A DNA stretch of 62,964 bases, the filler included, from Reticulomyxa filosa (Eukaryota; Protista; Foraminifera), in assembly GCA_000512085.1 (NCBI GenBank). It is 17 parts of 17 records of this genome, joined end to end, with 100 filler letters (N's around TTAATTAATTAA, not from the genome) between each part and the next. Parts side by side here need not be neighbours in the genome. Positions count along the whole stretch, not along the records: positions 1 to 14,039 come from ASPP01019404.1; positions 14,140 to 21,191 come from ASPP01004716.1; positions 21,292 to 28,933 come from ASPP01034224.1; 14 more parts are not named here. One strand, written 5' to 3'. Below, one piece after another: positions 12,750 to 27,678 of this stretch. The position numbers were made by a program, and so were the translations under genes. The first letter of the stretch is position 1, and the number at the start of each line of letters is the position of its first letter. Under the pieces are notes generated by a model, which worked only from the letters and a program-made list of their open reading frames with translations, was not told where the DNA came from and did no database searches.

Positions 12750-13930
12750 AAACTACTTGAAATGCCTACTCTGACCAAAAACAAACAAACAAACATACTC
12801 TCAAAAAAAAAAAAAAAAAATAGACTACATAACCAGCTCCCAATTCTTCAGCTTCGGAATCAGTATCAACTTCCACTTTGTCATCGTGAAAACGGCCTGG
12901 CTGACCACGCAGGTTGCGGTCATGACTATTGTGTCTATTATTATTATTATTATTGTTGTTGTTGTTGTTGTTGCCATTGTTATAGCCAACATTCACGGGA
13001 CGTGGCGGACGTGTTTTTGGGACGGGTTTGTATTTCGGAGGGCCAAGTTTGTTGTTGTTGTTGTTGTTGTTGGAAGCAGTAAAAGACTCGCTTCTTTGGA
13101 GAACGCCAGAGGAGGAAGAATTTGCGATCGTGTCAGTGATGACCAAAGCCGAATCACTCGAAGCTCCCGTAAGAGGAAGTGGAGCAACGGTAGGCTTTTC
13201 ATTAAGCTTTTCAAGCAAGTCCATAATCCACTCTTGCTTTTTGTCCAAGTCTCTTTGCAACTCTTCGATGACATTGTTTTTATTCGCCAAGCGGGTCTTC
13301 AGCACCATGTTTTCTTCCTTCACGACGGCCAGTCTTTCGGACAAACTCAAGATCACCTCCTCATGCTCTTTGTTCGCGTCGTCTTTTTCCGACTCTTGCG
13401 TTTTGCTCTCGCTTTCCGAACTCGGTCTCGAGTTGGGAGAAGGCTCGCTCTCTTCGTGCGACGGTGGCTGCAGCTGGGCAAGGCTACTGCCGCCACTGTG
13501 TGACATTTGCGCGTTTTGTGTGCTGCTGTCGTGAGAAAGGTTATCTTCGGAATGATGTTGATCGAGAGAGCAAATTGCACAATATTCACTGTTATTGCTA
13601 TTGCTATTACTATTATTATTACTATTATTATTGCTGTTGCTGTTACTGTTACTATTTCCATTGAAAGTGGGGTGAGAAAATTTGTTGGATTGATCTTTCG
13701 AGTCTTGTGACGAGGGCTGACGACGCAATGCTTGTGCTTCATCTAACTTGTCTCTCAACGTTTCAACTTCCGTTTGTAGCTGCACGCATTTGTTGGCTTC
13801 TGCTTTCAGCTGGTCTCGCAGTCCCTTCAGCATTACCGCTTGATTGCGCATCGCCACCTTCAACGCCACCTCATTGGCGCTCTTTTCTTTTTCTGTTCGA
13901 TATTGGCAATATCCATGCGTTCAAGAAGAG
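12750..13930 (-). CDS. Coiled-coil, Asn/Ser-rich low-complexity protein, 5'-partial
   Basis: 367-aa ORF with heptad-like segments and (AAT/AAC)n runs, flanked by introns. Confidence 0.6.
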
Positions 13931-14039
13931 AGGGAATACGTATTATATATGTACATATATACATATATATATGTTTATATACACATCTTATTGTCATTGG
14001 TTATTGATTTTATTTTTGATTGGTTGCAAGTTTATTTTT

Positions 14040-14139
14040 NNNNNNNNNNNNNNNNNNNNNNNNNNNNNNNNNNNNNNNNNNNNTTAATTAATTAANNNNN
14101 NNNNNNNNNNNNNNNNNNNNNNNNNNNNNNNNNNNNNNN
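14040..14139. other. Artificial contig linker. Identical linkers start at 21192, 28934, 30419, 32410, 33609, 36355, 37717, 39632, 42284, 45684, 52077, 53493, 57699, 60737 and 61845.
   Basis: 44 N + TTAATTAATTAA (stops in all six frames) + 44 N. Confidence 0.98.
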
Positions 14140-15179
14140 AGCGATTGTGCCCGGTCTTAACTTGGGGAAGTCGACATGTAATCACATGTTGGTCGAAATG
14201 TTAGTGGATTACCTGACAGGCTATTCAAGTCGTGAGCGGGATGAAGAAGAAGAAGAAGAAGAAAATAGTGACGAAGAGGAAAGGAATGGCATTGACGTGG
14301 GTGACATTAGTGCATTAATAATTGCAGGAGATGCATTGGCAGAAAATTTTCCAGCGATTGGAAGTGGGGGCAATGGCTGTGATGCGTTCGAAGAGGAGTA
14401 TAGCTTGGAAGCAGAGAAGAGACGAGAGCACGATGCGCAACAATTGACATGGAGTTTGAAAGAGTTGGATGTACTGCTCAGTATGCTATGCTCGAATTTG
14501 GATGTGTTTTTGATGCCTGGAAAAAGAGACCCTTCCACGTTGCTGTTGCCACAACAGCCTTTACATCGCTGTTTGTTTCCTTTCTCTCAAACTTTTGACA
14601 CCTTTCATCCAGTCTCCAATCCACTTCAAATCGATATCAACGGCACCAAGTTTTAATACTCTTCCAAAAACACAGACATGTCCATACATATATATATATA
14701 TATGTATGTATATATATGTATACATATATATATATATATATATATGCATATGCAAATACATACATATGTACATATACATATACAAATATATACATAATAG
14801 GTTTTTAGGCACGTCTGGACAGAATATTCATGATATGCAATGCTATGGCACTTGTGACAGTATTGAATGCCTGGAATTAACACTAAACGCAAGGAATTTG
14901 GCACCAACGGCTTGTGATACTTTGCAATGCTTTCCCTATCGAGATAAAGATCCTTTTGTTATCGCCGATTGTCCGCATGTTTATTTTGCTGGAAATTGTA
15001 AAGAGTTTAAGGCAAAGACTATTCACGGTAGTGCCAATCAAAAAATCACTTTACTTGCTATTCCATCCTTCCAAAAATCTGGACAACTAATTCTTGTCAA
15101 TACTTCTTCTCTCGATTATGAAGTCGTTCAATTCGCCAATGATACGATGAATTTTGATTCGTCCAACACTTCACTTTGA
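14140..15179 (+). CDS. POLD2: DNA polymerase delta small subunit, 5'-partial; intron 14650-14800
   Basis: Motifs [32 protein letters not shown] and [32 protein letters not shown]. The GT..AG intron restores the frame. Confidence 0.92.
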
Positions 15180-15635
15180 AAACAACTCTTTTCATTTTGC
15201 AGTTGTTTATACATTATTTATACATTCATTTTTTCTTCTTCCTTGTCTTTTCTGGCTAGTTTTGGAGAGGTTAAAAACATATGTCTCATCTATTTAATTT
15301 TTGACTCATTTTTGTTTGCAACTTGTTTGCTTACATGCGTAAATTGCATTCATTGTGCACAATCCATTAAAAAACAAATTGAACGTTGCAAAACAGTATT
15401 ACGGGATGTCCTTGTATTCTGCAGTTTTTTTAATTTTGTAAAAAATATGCATCCATTTCAATATTTAGTTGACCAACTTTTAACATTTTTTTATTGTGGC
15501 CAAAGAAAGACAATGTCCAGCACATAACTAATTTATTTAACACTGAAAATACTCAATTTTTTACAAAAAATTAGATTTTTAATTTCAAGACTTCTTTTGT
15601 TGTTGAATCGATTTCCCGCCATTACTGAACCATAA

Positions 15636-16443
15636 ATGTTTGTGACACTGCTGTCAATTCCATTATTTTTTTTATTGGGGCTAATTTTCGGGATAGTTTC
15701 TCCAGCTCTCGCGATAATCCCGGCATGTGGACAGCCATGGCGTAAGAAATGGCGAGCGTTTGTGCACTTTGCGACAAAGATGAGCAACGATCACAACAAA
15801 GCGGTGGTCCAAGGTGCAGACTTTATAGAGACCTTCGAATGCATTTCGACCTGCCGTCCAATTGGGAGACATATGCTCCTTAACTACTACAAATTAGGTA
15901 TTAAAAAAGACAAAAAATAAAAATTATCCACGTATCCCAAATGTCTATTTCTTTGAAACGGAGAAAACAAAAAAAGTAAAGGTTTTTTTTTTAAAAAAAA
16001 AGGGCATTCGTTGAGTTCTTTGCTGTTATTGTTTGGCGTAACATTGATAAAACTTATAACATTTACGCCAATGTTTAGTGGTATGTGTTGTATGGACGAT
16101 GGGAATGACTACTTGATTCAGAAAAAAAAAGCAACCTAAAAAAGCCAATCAAATGACGAAGTTGGGAGGTAATAGCAATGGTAATGACAATGCATATGAC
16201 AATAAAAATGATAATGTGGATAATGACAACAACCACTCCTTTGATGACGAAGAACAATCAACCAAAAAACGTAACGCTCCAAACGAATCCGATTCGTTGC
16301 ATGACTTGATTGTTGGTTCTGTTCATCATAGTGACTATGGAACTGATGGTGATAGTGGTGACCCTGATTCCAAAAACAAAAAAGCTTCCAAAAGTCAAAA
16401 TAGTGGTTTGAATCCTTTTGTTGCTGGCTCAGCTTATGACTGA
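15636..16443 (+). CDS. Hypothetical membrane protein, multi-exon, with an acidic/Asn-rich tail
   Basis: Hydrophobic N-terminal ORF, a donor near 15898, and downstream exon ORF 16153-16443. Confidence 0.4.
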
Positions 16444-16940
16444 CCTTTTTTTTTTCATTGAAAGTAATTAAAAAAAAGTTGTTCATTTTTTTCTCTTTTT
16501 TTTTTTGTTTCGTGCACTCTATCCTCTATCAAACTATCTCTAATGTCGTCTCCACTTGCGCTCCAGTTCCCTTCAGGGCTGGTGTATTTTGTTTTTTGTT
16601 TATTTTTGCTTCATTTCATTTTCATCTAATTACAACACCAAGCGAAACAAATTGCATTGTATGTTTATACACAACTTGTGTATTTATTTTAAATCTTCCG
16701 TTCGGTTGTTCATCTTCTTTTCAATAAACTTTTCTTTTTGGAGTGCCTGTTTATAAGTTCATTGAGGGATAGACATGCTGTGACAAAACAATAGACATTA
16801 ATTGTTTAGTGTGTTAATTCACGTTTATGATGCTTCACGACTTTTTTTTGGAAGCTTGTTTATATGAATTCCAAGTTTTTTTTGTTGTCCAAAAAAAAAG
16901 GCACCTAAAATTCAAAAAAAAAATCAAGAAATAGAAAGAA

Positions 16941-17842
16941 ATGGCGGCAGCACTAGAAATTGAGAAAAGATTCTTTTTGAAATCGGGGATGGAACAGGTT
17001 CGCTTGAAAAAGATGAAGCTTGTTCAATAAAGACAAAACAAAAAGGACTTAAAAAAAAATGTGATTAAAAAAAGCTTTTCAAAACTAAAGGACTGATTTC
17101 AGGATCAGGAGTGACGAAAACTTTTAAAGATCGTTATTATGGTAAAAAAAAAACATGTACCTATATTGCAAGATATAAATATCGAATAAATAGACATACG
17201 TTATAAACACAAACGTATAAAGATAACAAAAATATGGAGTTGATGCGAAACGAATACTGGCTCCGTCAAAGAAACAGTCAATGGCAATTGAAAGTTGCAG
17301 TAAAATCACACAATAGGAACGAAGCGTCTTCAAATTTATATCGTTATCAAGAGTTTGAAAATTTAAGGGCTATATATGAGAAGGTTGATGAATTATTGCA
17401 TGCCGGAAAAAAAGCTCGCAAGTTGGACGAATCAAAGACAGAGCCTGATTTGCAGTTGGAAAAATGGCTGGTGGAAGATTGCGGATTGAGGCCTGTTAGT
17501 GAGTTTGTGACAACGAGAACAAGATATGTGTGGAAAGACGTATTTCACATTGAATTCGACAAAAGCGATTTTGGTTACAATGTATTGGAAATTGAATGTG
17601 TTTTGAAACCCAATACCGATCAACAAAGTGTTGCACAAGCCTCCAAAGAATTGGATACTATTTGTCAAGAGCTTGGAACGATTCCATCTCAATCATCACC
17701 TGCTGTTACTTATACCAAGCTGCAAATGCATTTGTGGAAATTTCAGCCACTTATCCATGACTCCTTGGTTAAACACAATATCTTTCCGAAAGTCAGCGAA
17801 GACTGGATCAAATCAAACTGTCCAGACTTGTGCAAGGCTTAA
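16941..17842 (+). CDS. CYTH-domain thiamine-triphosphatase-like protein, 3 exons (introns 16998-17074 and 17142-17222)
   Basis: EIEKRF (ExExK motif), FKDRYYD..WLRQR..WQLK and DFGYNVLEIE. The spliced frame is continuous. Confidence 0.85.
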
Positions 17843-18914
17843 GAGTGTATGCGTGTGAGTAAGCTTCAGTTGCATTTATTCAATTTTGGTTCCAAAATTT
17901 AACGCATTTTTACTTCAACTATTTCCTTTTACTGATACATTTAACGCAGTCTTTATCTGCTTACAATCTAGTTCTTGCACTTGCCAAAACTTTGTTCTCA
18001 ATATCGTATTATCTATTATCTTCAAATCTTTTATGACATTGTAACTGAACATATGTTTCCAAACAATTTTTCAGTTTTAGGTATATCAAGGTTTTGGCTG
18101 CTCACAAGATGTTCATTTTTTGTTCCATGAAGAAACGTTAGGTTTCAAGTGGATTAATTCATTTTTCCATATGTTGATTGTTCGATTTTATTAGGATACT
18201 TTTTTTGCAGTCTGCCTTTGTTCAAGTAGCAAACAACTAAAGCATATTTAAATTTAAATCCAAATTATTATTCTAAAATAATAACGAAAACTTTTAAAAA
18301 AATTATCATAAAAAGTATTGAAAATTTTAAAAAATATGTACAAACTGCGTAGTTATTTGATAGAATTTTATTTTTTCCTATTACTTCAAAACAAAAAATT
18401 TCTGATAGGTGCTGTCTTTTAATGGAAAAAATCAATTATTACTATTTTTCATACATGTAAAAGCAAGTATAAATGCAGCACTTATGTTAATTTAATTATG
18501 TATTCTAATTTACATTAAAAAAAATTACAGAAGAAGTTAACACTTTCTGTTGTTAGATAAAACTGTTATTTATTTGTAGATCAACTGTTATCTTTTAGTA
18601 TGACATTATACAAAGCCTACCGTTTTTTAAAACTAATCCGGTAGAGCTCTGAAAGAAAATAAAACTCAAATGTATTTTTGAGAAAACTTTTCCAATTCAA
18701 CTTTTGAGATAAAGAATTACATGAAAAAACAAAAGCAAATACAACACACAAGAAACTACGAGATAAGCCATCTTCTCATTGATCCACAAAGAGAATAGAT
18801 AGAAAAAGAAGATAAAAAAAAAGCTATTCATAATAAATTTACCAAATTAAAAAAACAGGCCCGATACAATAAGACAAACACACAAGATAACAAAAAAATA
18901 AAAAAAATATATAA

Positions 18915-21191
18915 ACTAGTCCTGTGCTTCTGGATGACTGAGAAATGGTCCAGATATCTTTGATGTTGGTTCTATAGATGCTTGGTCATGATACGCACTG
19001 TAATTTCACACAAACGAGAATAATGTTTCTCATTTATTTATTTTGTTCGCTTCAATTGCAGAGAAGTGAAAAACTCAACGGTTGTGCACTGCCTTTCAAT
19101 CTTTTTTTCAATATCCTTTGAGCTTGTTTTGAGTGCCTATTATCAGTCTTGTTCTTGCGAATATCGGAGACATTGTACGATTTAACAGAAAGAGTATCAT
19201 CGTCCATTTCTGATTTTCTATGGGATCATCACATCAGCATTTGCAATGTTTGTTGGTTAATAAACACAAGCAAACAAAGCAAAAAAAACCTAATATTTTT
19301 GGGAGTGACTTCTTGTTTGCTATTGCTCTTTATCTTTGTCTTGGCTTTTGTTTTGGTTTTATGTTTGTGTTTGCTTTTGTCTTGATGTTTTCGAAGCTCT
19401 TGAGCCTTGCGAATGTACGTCTTTGCGTCTAACTCCTAACAGATTTCACGTCAAACAGACTTTCGTCTTCTTCATCGTCATCTTGTTGCTTTTCTTGTTC
19501 CTTGTCAGGATCGCAATGTTCTGGAATTATACGTTGTGGCAAAGTGTCCACAGTATTTGGATCGATCGATACATGATAATTGTTCGATTCATTGTCATTA
19601 TGATTGTGATTGTGATTGTGATTGTGATTGTGATTATGATTGTGATTGGGATGGCGAAGCAGGAATTCGGAAATGCGTCGACTGACTACAAGATCACCAT
19701 TGCTCTTGTTGTAAACGTGTCTAACAAATGTGTTTGGCGAAGTGGCAAGGGACCGTTGATCGGAATGAATGGGGACATGCATTGGAGTAATGACCGATGT
19801 GGTGTCCACAGCACCCTTGTCAAACTGTGGGATCACTACACGCTTTCCTGTCACCACTTTTGCGTCGTCATCGTTGTGAAACATGGCATCTCCTCTTAGC
19901 TGCTGTCTGGCCTTGTCTGTATCGAGCACGGTCACTGTTTTGCGCACATGCGAGACATGTGGATTCGTTTGATCCGCACTGAATACACTCGTGGCATCCA
20001 TGTATTCATATTCATATCCATATCCATGTTTATGTTCATGTCCATGTTTATGTTCATGTCCATGTCCATGTCCATGTCCATGTTCGTGTTCATTGCACTC
20101 ACTTTGAGTATAATTGCATTCGCTCCTTGGCGAACGTGCTTTGTTCAAGTGTTGCGGTAACATTCTCTTTTTCAGTTTGTGTTTTCTGTGGCTATTTACA
20201 TGTACTGTTTTTCGCTTTCGCTTGATTTGTGTCGCAGGTTGCTCGACGCCGTTTTCAAAAGACATCGCTGTATGTTGCAACTGCTCACTAGTGTCGACAT
20301 GGTCGTCGATTGGCGAAATGTCCTGTTCTTCCTTTTGTCTTGCCCGCTGTGACGGAGATAGGTGCCAGTCGTCTATCGAGCTCTTTTTAGACAAGGCGTC
20401 ATTGTCATTGCTGCCGCTGGGAGGAGTGATCATTGTCTCGCCATCACATCCGTGTCCGACGTTGGCACGCGACTGAGGCAAGTCGTGAATATTCCCCCGA
20501 TTGACGCTCACCATTGCCATTGTCATTGCCATGTCATTGCCAACGGCGACAATGGCCGACTCGTTCCTCGGCGATACCTTTGCATTTGTCAATGACTTCA
20601 AACCCAATTGTTGAGACTTGCTTTTTGTCGATATCGTCGGCACCAATTGGTTGCTGGCGTTTTGACTTGTCGTTTGAGTTTGGCTGAGAGTCGTGGAGTG
20701 CAATGACGACTCGTCTTTGGTTGTGCTCATTGTCATTACTGCAATGGTATGTATACGTTTTTATGTATGCGAAAGATAAGAGATTTAAACAAAACAAAAC
20801 AAAACCAAAACAATAGAAAAAAGAACTTGGGACACTTTGTTTGACTCGAGAAAGGGTATCAGAAAGAGGTGTTTGTGAATGCGTGGAATGGTTGAAATAG
20901 CCACTGCTACTTTCACTGGGATTGGTGCGAGGAGACATTACAACAACGTTTTGCAAAGTAGGGACAGCCGAACCACGGGGCTCACTGAGTACTTTTATCG
21001 CACGTTGTCCGGTCTTGTGAGAATGAGAATGTAACATCTCAACACTTTTTCCATCCACATCATTGTCATTGTGATTGTGATTGTGATTGTGATTGTCCCT
21101 CATCAATTCATTTAATTTCTCTGCAGACAAGTATTGTATTTTCCGTTTGCGAATCACGGCCTCATTGGTTGCAAGTGGTGGAGGTTGATGA
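18915..21191 (-). CDS. Large low-complexity (His/Asn/Ser-rich) protein, multi-exon, 5'-partial
   Basis: 435-aa and 207-aa ORFs with (HN)n and (HG)n repeats separated by introns. The 3' end is uncertain. Confidence 0.5.
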
Positions 21192-21291
21192 NNNNNNNNN
21201 NNNNNNNNNNNNNNNNNNNNNNNNNNNNNNNNNNNTTAATTAATTAANNNNNNNNNNNNNNNNNNNNNNNNNNNNNNNNNNNNNNNNNNNN

Positions 21292-21870
21292 GATGCAGAA
21301 CACAAATATCGACCAATATTAAATGATGAAAATTCAATATCATTAACCCAGTCAATATGTCCGTTGAATATTTGTAATTGCTGATTATCTTTGAAATCCC
21401 AAAAACGAATGGTTTCGTCACTTGATGAAGAACAAATGACATATCGATTATCATTACGATTATGATATGGTGAAAATTTCACACAATTTACAGATTTTGT
21501 ATGTCCATTAAACGATTGAATTTGCTCTTTAGTATCTACATCTAATACAAAAACTTCTTTATTATATGATCCAAAACAAAGAAATTGATCACGGTTGAAT
21601 GTTGAATAATCAATACTGTTCACACGATGATGGTCTACATTGAACTCTTTAAGTAATTTAGAGGATGAACGAAATGTGTCAAGCATGAAAAAGTTAGTTG
21701 CATATGTGTTAGAAAGTGATAACAATGAATACACGTTTGCGATTAAAATGAAAAGAGCAAATAATCATAACATAATTGGCGACAATTTCGTCAAAATCGT
21801 TAATCCATCCTAATTTAATATTTGATCTTCGAATCCAATATTTAACAATTGATTTAATTTTTTCTTCTGA
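21292..21870 (-). CDS. WD40-repeat protein, 3'-partial, possibly degenerate, with the N-terminal 'LGWI' motif
   Basis: GHTKSVNCVKFSP...TIRFWD repeats. The upstream exon reads KIKSIVKYWIRRSNIKLGWINDFDEIVANY. Confidence 0.8.
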
Positions 21871-22272
21871 CAGATTTATCTTAAATTACAGGGATTTGCC
21901 AAAAACTACAATGTTACGTAAAGTTTGAAAAACAAAATTTTCACCTTGTTAATAATCAAAGTTTAATCATGAATGTGTACATGTTTTCTTGATGTAATAA
22001 GACAATTTATCACAGTTGGAAAAGATATTGTTTAAAGGATACGAAGTTTATGTGAATGTCATACTATTTCATTTCTCGAATATCCTTTTTCAAAATAAAA
22101 TCGCTAATTGAAGAAAATAATTTAATTTGTTTAATACGTATTTCTTTTTTTCTTCTAAAGATATATTTAAAAAAAGACTGTCACCGATTTTGAACTAGTT
22201 CTACAAAGAAAAGGAGAGTTTGAAAGTTCAGAATAATTAATCATTTTTCTAAAAAAGAAAAAAGTTGAAGGA

Positions 22273-23424
22273 ATGAGCACTGCTAACAACAAAAAGGCAA
22301 CAGAAGTGTGTTTGGTAAGTCTTCCATAGAATATTAATGTATTAACAACATTCTCAATTAACAAAAACAGACAGAAAAACAAATCCAAATAATTATTCAA
22401 AATTGGACTCGATTTTTGGATATTAAATTAGGTTGGATTAATGAATTTGATAAAATTGTCTTCAAATATGTTAAGTCTTTTTTTTCTGTTTACATTTTGC
22501 ATTTTAATATAAATGTATATATAATGAATATAGGTTAAACTCTTTAAATTGTTAAGAATTTTAGAAGGTCACACTGGTAATATTTCTTCTGTTCAATTTT
22601 CACCAGATGGCTTAAAGATTGTTTCAGCGGCATGGGATGATACAGTTCAATTATGGGATGTTGAATCAGGAAAGCAAATTAAAACTTTTAAAGGGCATTC
22701 TCATTCAGTCTATGATGCAAAATTTTCACCTGATGGACAAATGATTGCATCAGGTTCAGGTGATAATACAATTCGACTTTGGGATATAAAATCAGGAAAA
22801 GAGATTAAAATATTGGAAGGACATTACAATGAAGTACGTTGTTTAAATTTTTCTTCAAATGGCAAAAATCTTATATCAGGTTCAGCTGATAGAACAATAC
22901 GATTATGGAATGTAAATTCTGGAAAAATGATAAAAAGATTGATTGGTCATGCCGATGAAGTAGCAAGTATAAATTACTCACCAGATAATCAACTGCTTGT
23001 ATCAGGATCACGTGATCGTATGATTACTATATCTAATATACAATCAAATGAAATGATAGGACAGCTATCAGGACATGATAAAGCTATAACATGTGTAGTA
23101 TTTTCTCCATGTGGTCAATTTATTGCATCTTCTTCATATTCTAATGATCACACAATTCGAATATGGGAAGTAAACACAGGAAAATTATTCAAAACTTTAG
23201 TAGGACATTCTAGTTGTCCATTATATTTAAAATATTTTTCAGATGGCAAAACTCTTGTTTCTTCTGCAGCTGATTATACAATTCGATTATGGGATATTCA
23301 AACAGGATGTGAAATACAAACATTAGAAAAACATTCCAATTGGGTTAAACAAATTGATATTTCGCCAGATGATAGTACAATTGTATCATGTTCTTGGGAT
23401 AAGACAATTATAATTTGGGGATAA
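22273..23424 (+). CDS. WD40-repeat protein (7 blades), 3 exons
   Basis: Seven GH...WD repeats. Exon 2 reads QIQIIIQNWTRFLDIKLGWINEFDKIVFKY. Introns are GT..AG. Confidence 0.92.
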
Positions 23425-23822
23425 AAAATACTATTACACTAAAAACTTGATATTTTAACATATTTTTTGTCTTGTTTTTGGATCAAGTTTATGTAAATTT
23501 GTAAAAAGGAAAAGAAGCTCTACATTCATTTTTTGTGGAATGTAGAATTTAAGACACTTTGATGAACTTGAGTGATTACAAAACTTAGGTTTCCTTCACT
23601 CGTTAAACATAGGAAAAGTTTGAAATTAAATATCAACTTCTGCAAAAGCTTCAGTGGCATGCTTGAGTTTTTTTCAATTTTTTTAATGACCTTGAATTTT
23701 CTAATTGTTGTGTGAACTTTTCTTCCATTTATTTAATTTTGCTTTACAAAGAAAAGGCTAAGGGGGCTCAAAAGTGCAAAGTTAATTTTTTAAAGAGTTT
23801 AACATTAAAAAAAGTAAAGAGA

Positions 23823-24956
23823 ATGAATACTATTAGCAACAAAAAAGATAACTTAATGGTAAGCTTTTTCACTTTTGTAAAATAAATGGCTTTTCTTTGA
23901 ATGATTAAAAATAATTAAAAGTTGGAAAAAGAAAGAAAAACTATTATTCAAAATTGGATTCGCATTGTAGATATACAATTGGGATGGATTCATTACTTTG
24001 ACAGAATTATCATAAAATATGTTATGTTATCTGTTTTGTTAAATTCAAGTAAAAATATTTATCATTTAATCACACAGGCTAAATGTTTTCAATTGCTGAA
24101 CATTTTACGAGGGCATAATGAAGGAGTGAATAGTGTAAGATTTTCACCAGATGGACAAAAAATTGTTTCAATATTAGATGATCACACTATCCATGTATGG
24201 GATGTTATATCAGGAAAACGGATTCAAATTTTCAAAGGACACCTTTTCGTGATCTATACTGCAATGTTTGCGACAGATGGACGTATTGTTATTTCATGTT
24301 CAGGTGATTGTTCGATACGATTATGGGATACAACTTCGGGAAGTCAATGGAAGATATTACAATATGACAGACCATTATGGGATGTGGATATCTCTCCTGA
24401 TGGCAAAACTATCATATCAAGTTCATCCAATAGAACAATTCAAATATGGGATGCAAAATCTGAAACAATAATGAAAATACTATCAATAAATTTAGGTGCT
24501 GCAAACAATGTACGATTTTCATCAAATGGTCAAATGTTTATATCCGCATCGAATGATGATACAATTGTTTTATGGAGCATGAAATTAAGAGAACAAATTA
24601 AAAAATTTATAGGACATTCTGATTCTGTACAAAGTGCAAAATTTTCTCCAGATGATAAATTTATTGTATCTTGTTCAAATGATAAAACAATTCGAATATG
24701 GGACGTAGAGACAGGGAATGAAATTAAAAAATTTGAAGGACATTCCCGGAATGTGATCGATGTAAAATATTTTCCAGATGGTCAAACTATTGTATCTTGT
24801 TCAAATGAAACAATTCGATTATGGAATGTAAAATTAGGATGTGAAGTAGAAAGATTGAAAGAGTGTTCTAAGCCTATAACAGGAATTGACGTTTCACCAG
24901 ATGGCACTAAAATAGCATCAAGCTCTTATGAAGGAGATATACAAATCTGGGGATAA
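23823..24956 (+). CDS. WD40-repeat protein (7 blades), tandem paralog, 3 exons
   Basis: Same exon layout as 22273-23424. Motif TIIQNWIRIVDIQLGWIHYFDRIIIKY. Ends IWG* like its neighbour. Confidence 0.92.
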
Positions 24957-24987
24957 CTTTACAATATACAAAAATATTAATAACTTA

Positions 24988-25112
24988 TTATTTCACTCGA
25001 CAACAAACATTTTGGTATCTAAGAGAATACCGTTATGTTTAATTACTAACCAAACAAAAAAATACAAAATTTGTGCATTTAGTAAAAATGAGTTTTATAA
25101 TTTGATCAAGTT
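24988..25112 (-). pseudogene. Decayed copy of the 3' end of the MIEAP-like gene at 27679-28497
   Basis: GACAACAAACATTTTGGTATCTAAGAGAAT...CCAAACAAAAAAATACAAAAT aligns with ~27685-27755. Confidence 0.6.
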
Positions 25113-26052
25113 TGATAAATGTGTCATTCTTAAAAATATATATCTGCAAATGTGTACATTCAAGTACTTGTCTCCATATATTAAATTGTCAATTTTTTTG
25201 TGTGCAAGTAACGTTCTGCGTTACTTCTTTTCGTCTCGCAAATATTTTTGCAACAATAACTTGTCAAAAATTTAAATTTTTTTGCTAAAAATCGCAATGG
25301 CGTTAGATTTGAAAATAAAGTAAATTTCTATATGAACTACCAAAAATATTGTTGACGCTTTGCATTGCTTTATTCCTTGTGGCTGGTTGAGATTTAGTTA
25401 ATATATCAAAAAGAAAAAATAATGGAAATGCATGTGATGATATGAACGAAGCTGCTTGTCGTGTACCTGCAGACAAAACCGGGTGAATTTAGCAGGCATG
25501 ACAAAAGAAGAACATTATTAGGAGAATGTTTCAAAATTTAGTCACGTTGCAAGCGAATCACTCATTTATTTACATATATTCTTTTTAGGAGGGGACCAAT
25601 TTTTTTTTTTTTAGTGAACAAGGGGTAATTCGTATGAAATTCATGGGCGAAAACGGTTTCTTTTTTTAAATCCAATAGGGATAAATTTAAAATAATAGTA
25701 ATTAACATTCGCTCGAGATGAATGCTCTAGCGCTTTGGAAGATTTATGTATTGCACTCTCATAAAGATCTAATTTTTACCAATTTAACAAGGACTGCTGC
25801 AAATAAAATTATTGAAAGTGAACTCTCAAAAAAATGGTTTAACATTACTTTTGGCATTGCATGCTTCCGATAAATGAAAAATTTAAATTCTTGGTACGTG
25901 ATGATTGCAAAACGAGTATTCAAAGAGTAAAACTTTATTGAAGAATTGTAACTAGCGCCAAAAAAAGAAATGGAATACGAAAGTTTCACCCAGAAAAAAC
26001 GCAAAAAAAAAAACAAATCATAAAAAGACAATTGTATCAAAAATAGAAAAAT

Positions 26053-26729
<677 letters not shown>

Positions 26730-27678
26730 TCACTGGAATGGACAAGAAAAAATTACTGAAAAATGACAAAAAATAAAGTAGTTAAAGAAAAGAAAGTTGG
26801 GGAAACGAACTTTGAACTTTTCAAAACTTAAGCTTTCATTATTGTCCAGCAAATTCGCTTTTTAAAGTGTTTTACATTCGTTATCTTTTCATAAGCGTGG
26901 TTTTTCGGATCTATTTTGTATGTGCATCAGTTGCAAAAATGCTGGCGAAATTTTACTGGTACTTTTTTTCTTTTCTCAAGAATACAAACATTCTCTATTT
27001 TCAATCCATTCAGTTCAACAAACACATGGATTAAATGCTCGTATTTTCAAGAATGGGCTTCGTACAATGCGGTTTATTCTATTGTCAAAGCGTCGCATAC
27101 AATTTGTTCGAGTTTTGCTTAAAAGTTTAACAAATGGAAAGTACATCAAACAACAACTTGCAAAAGAACAATGCTGCTTTGAGTTTTACAATGACAAAAA
27201 ATAAATATTTATTTCAAAAAAATTTCTGCAAAAAAAAAAATGTAATGCCAAATCAAAGACTAGCTTGCCCCGCAGAACAGGAAACCCCTTGAACAGGCTG
27301 CGCACCCAGCACACACTAAGACAAGCTTGGACAATACAATTATTAAATTGTTGGTACACCTCAACGAGGTAGTACCTAACAGTGTTTTAGTTTGTAAAAT
27401 TTCATGTCACATTTTTTTTTTTTTTTTTTAAAGTTCAAACCAAAAAAATTTAAACTTGATAATTCACTCCGTTTTCTTTTTTTAGAAGTAATGAAAGCTG
27501 ATGTAAAAACACATTGATAAAAAGTGATGAGAGAAGTAATTGCACTTGAGCATGTGTAACAACAAACTCTTTAACTGCGTACATATATATTATTGGCGTA
27601 TTGATTAAGTCGTATGAACAAAAAAATATTGAAAAATGTTTTGGAACAACGGGTTATAAAAAAAAAAAAGATGGTTTT

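Noticed and set aside
12762-13710. Plus-strand ORFs with poly-Cys/Tyr/Val/Leu runs
   Set aside because: They are antisense shadows of trinucleotide repeats in the minus-strand gene.
19336-20595. Plus-strand hydrophobic ORFs (VIVIVI, MSMSMS)
   Set aside because: They are antisense readings of (HN)n and (HG)n codon repeats.
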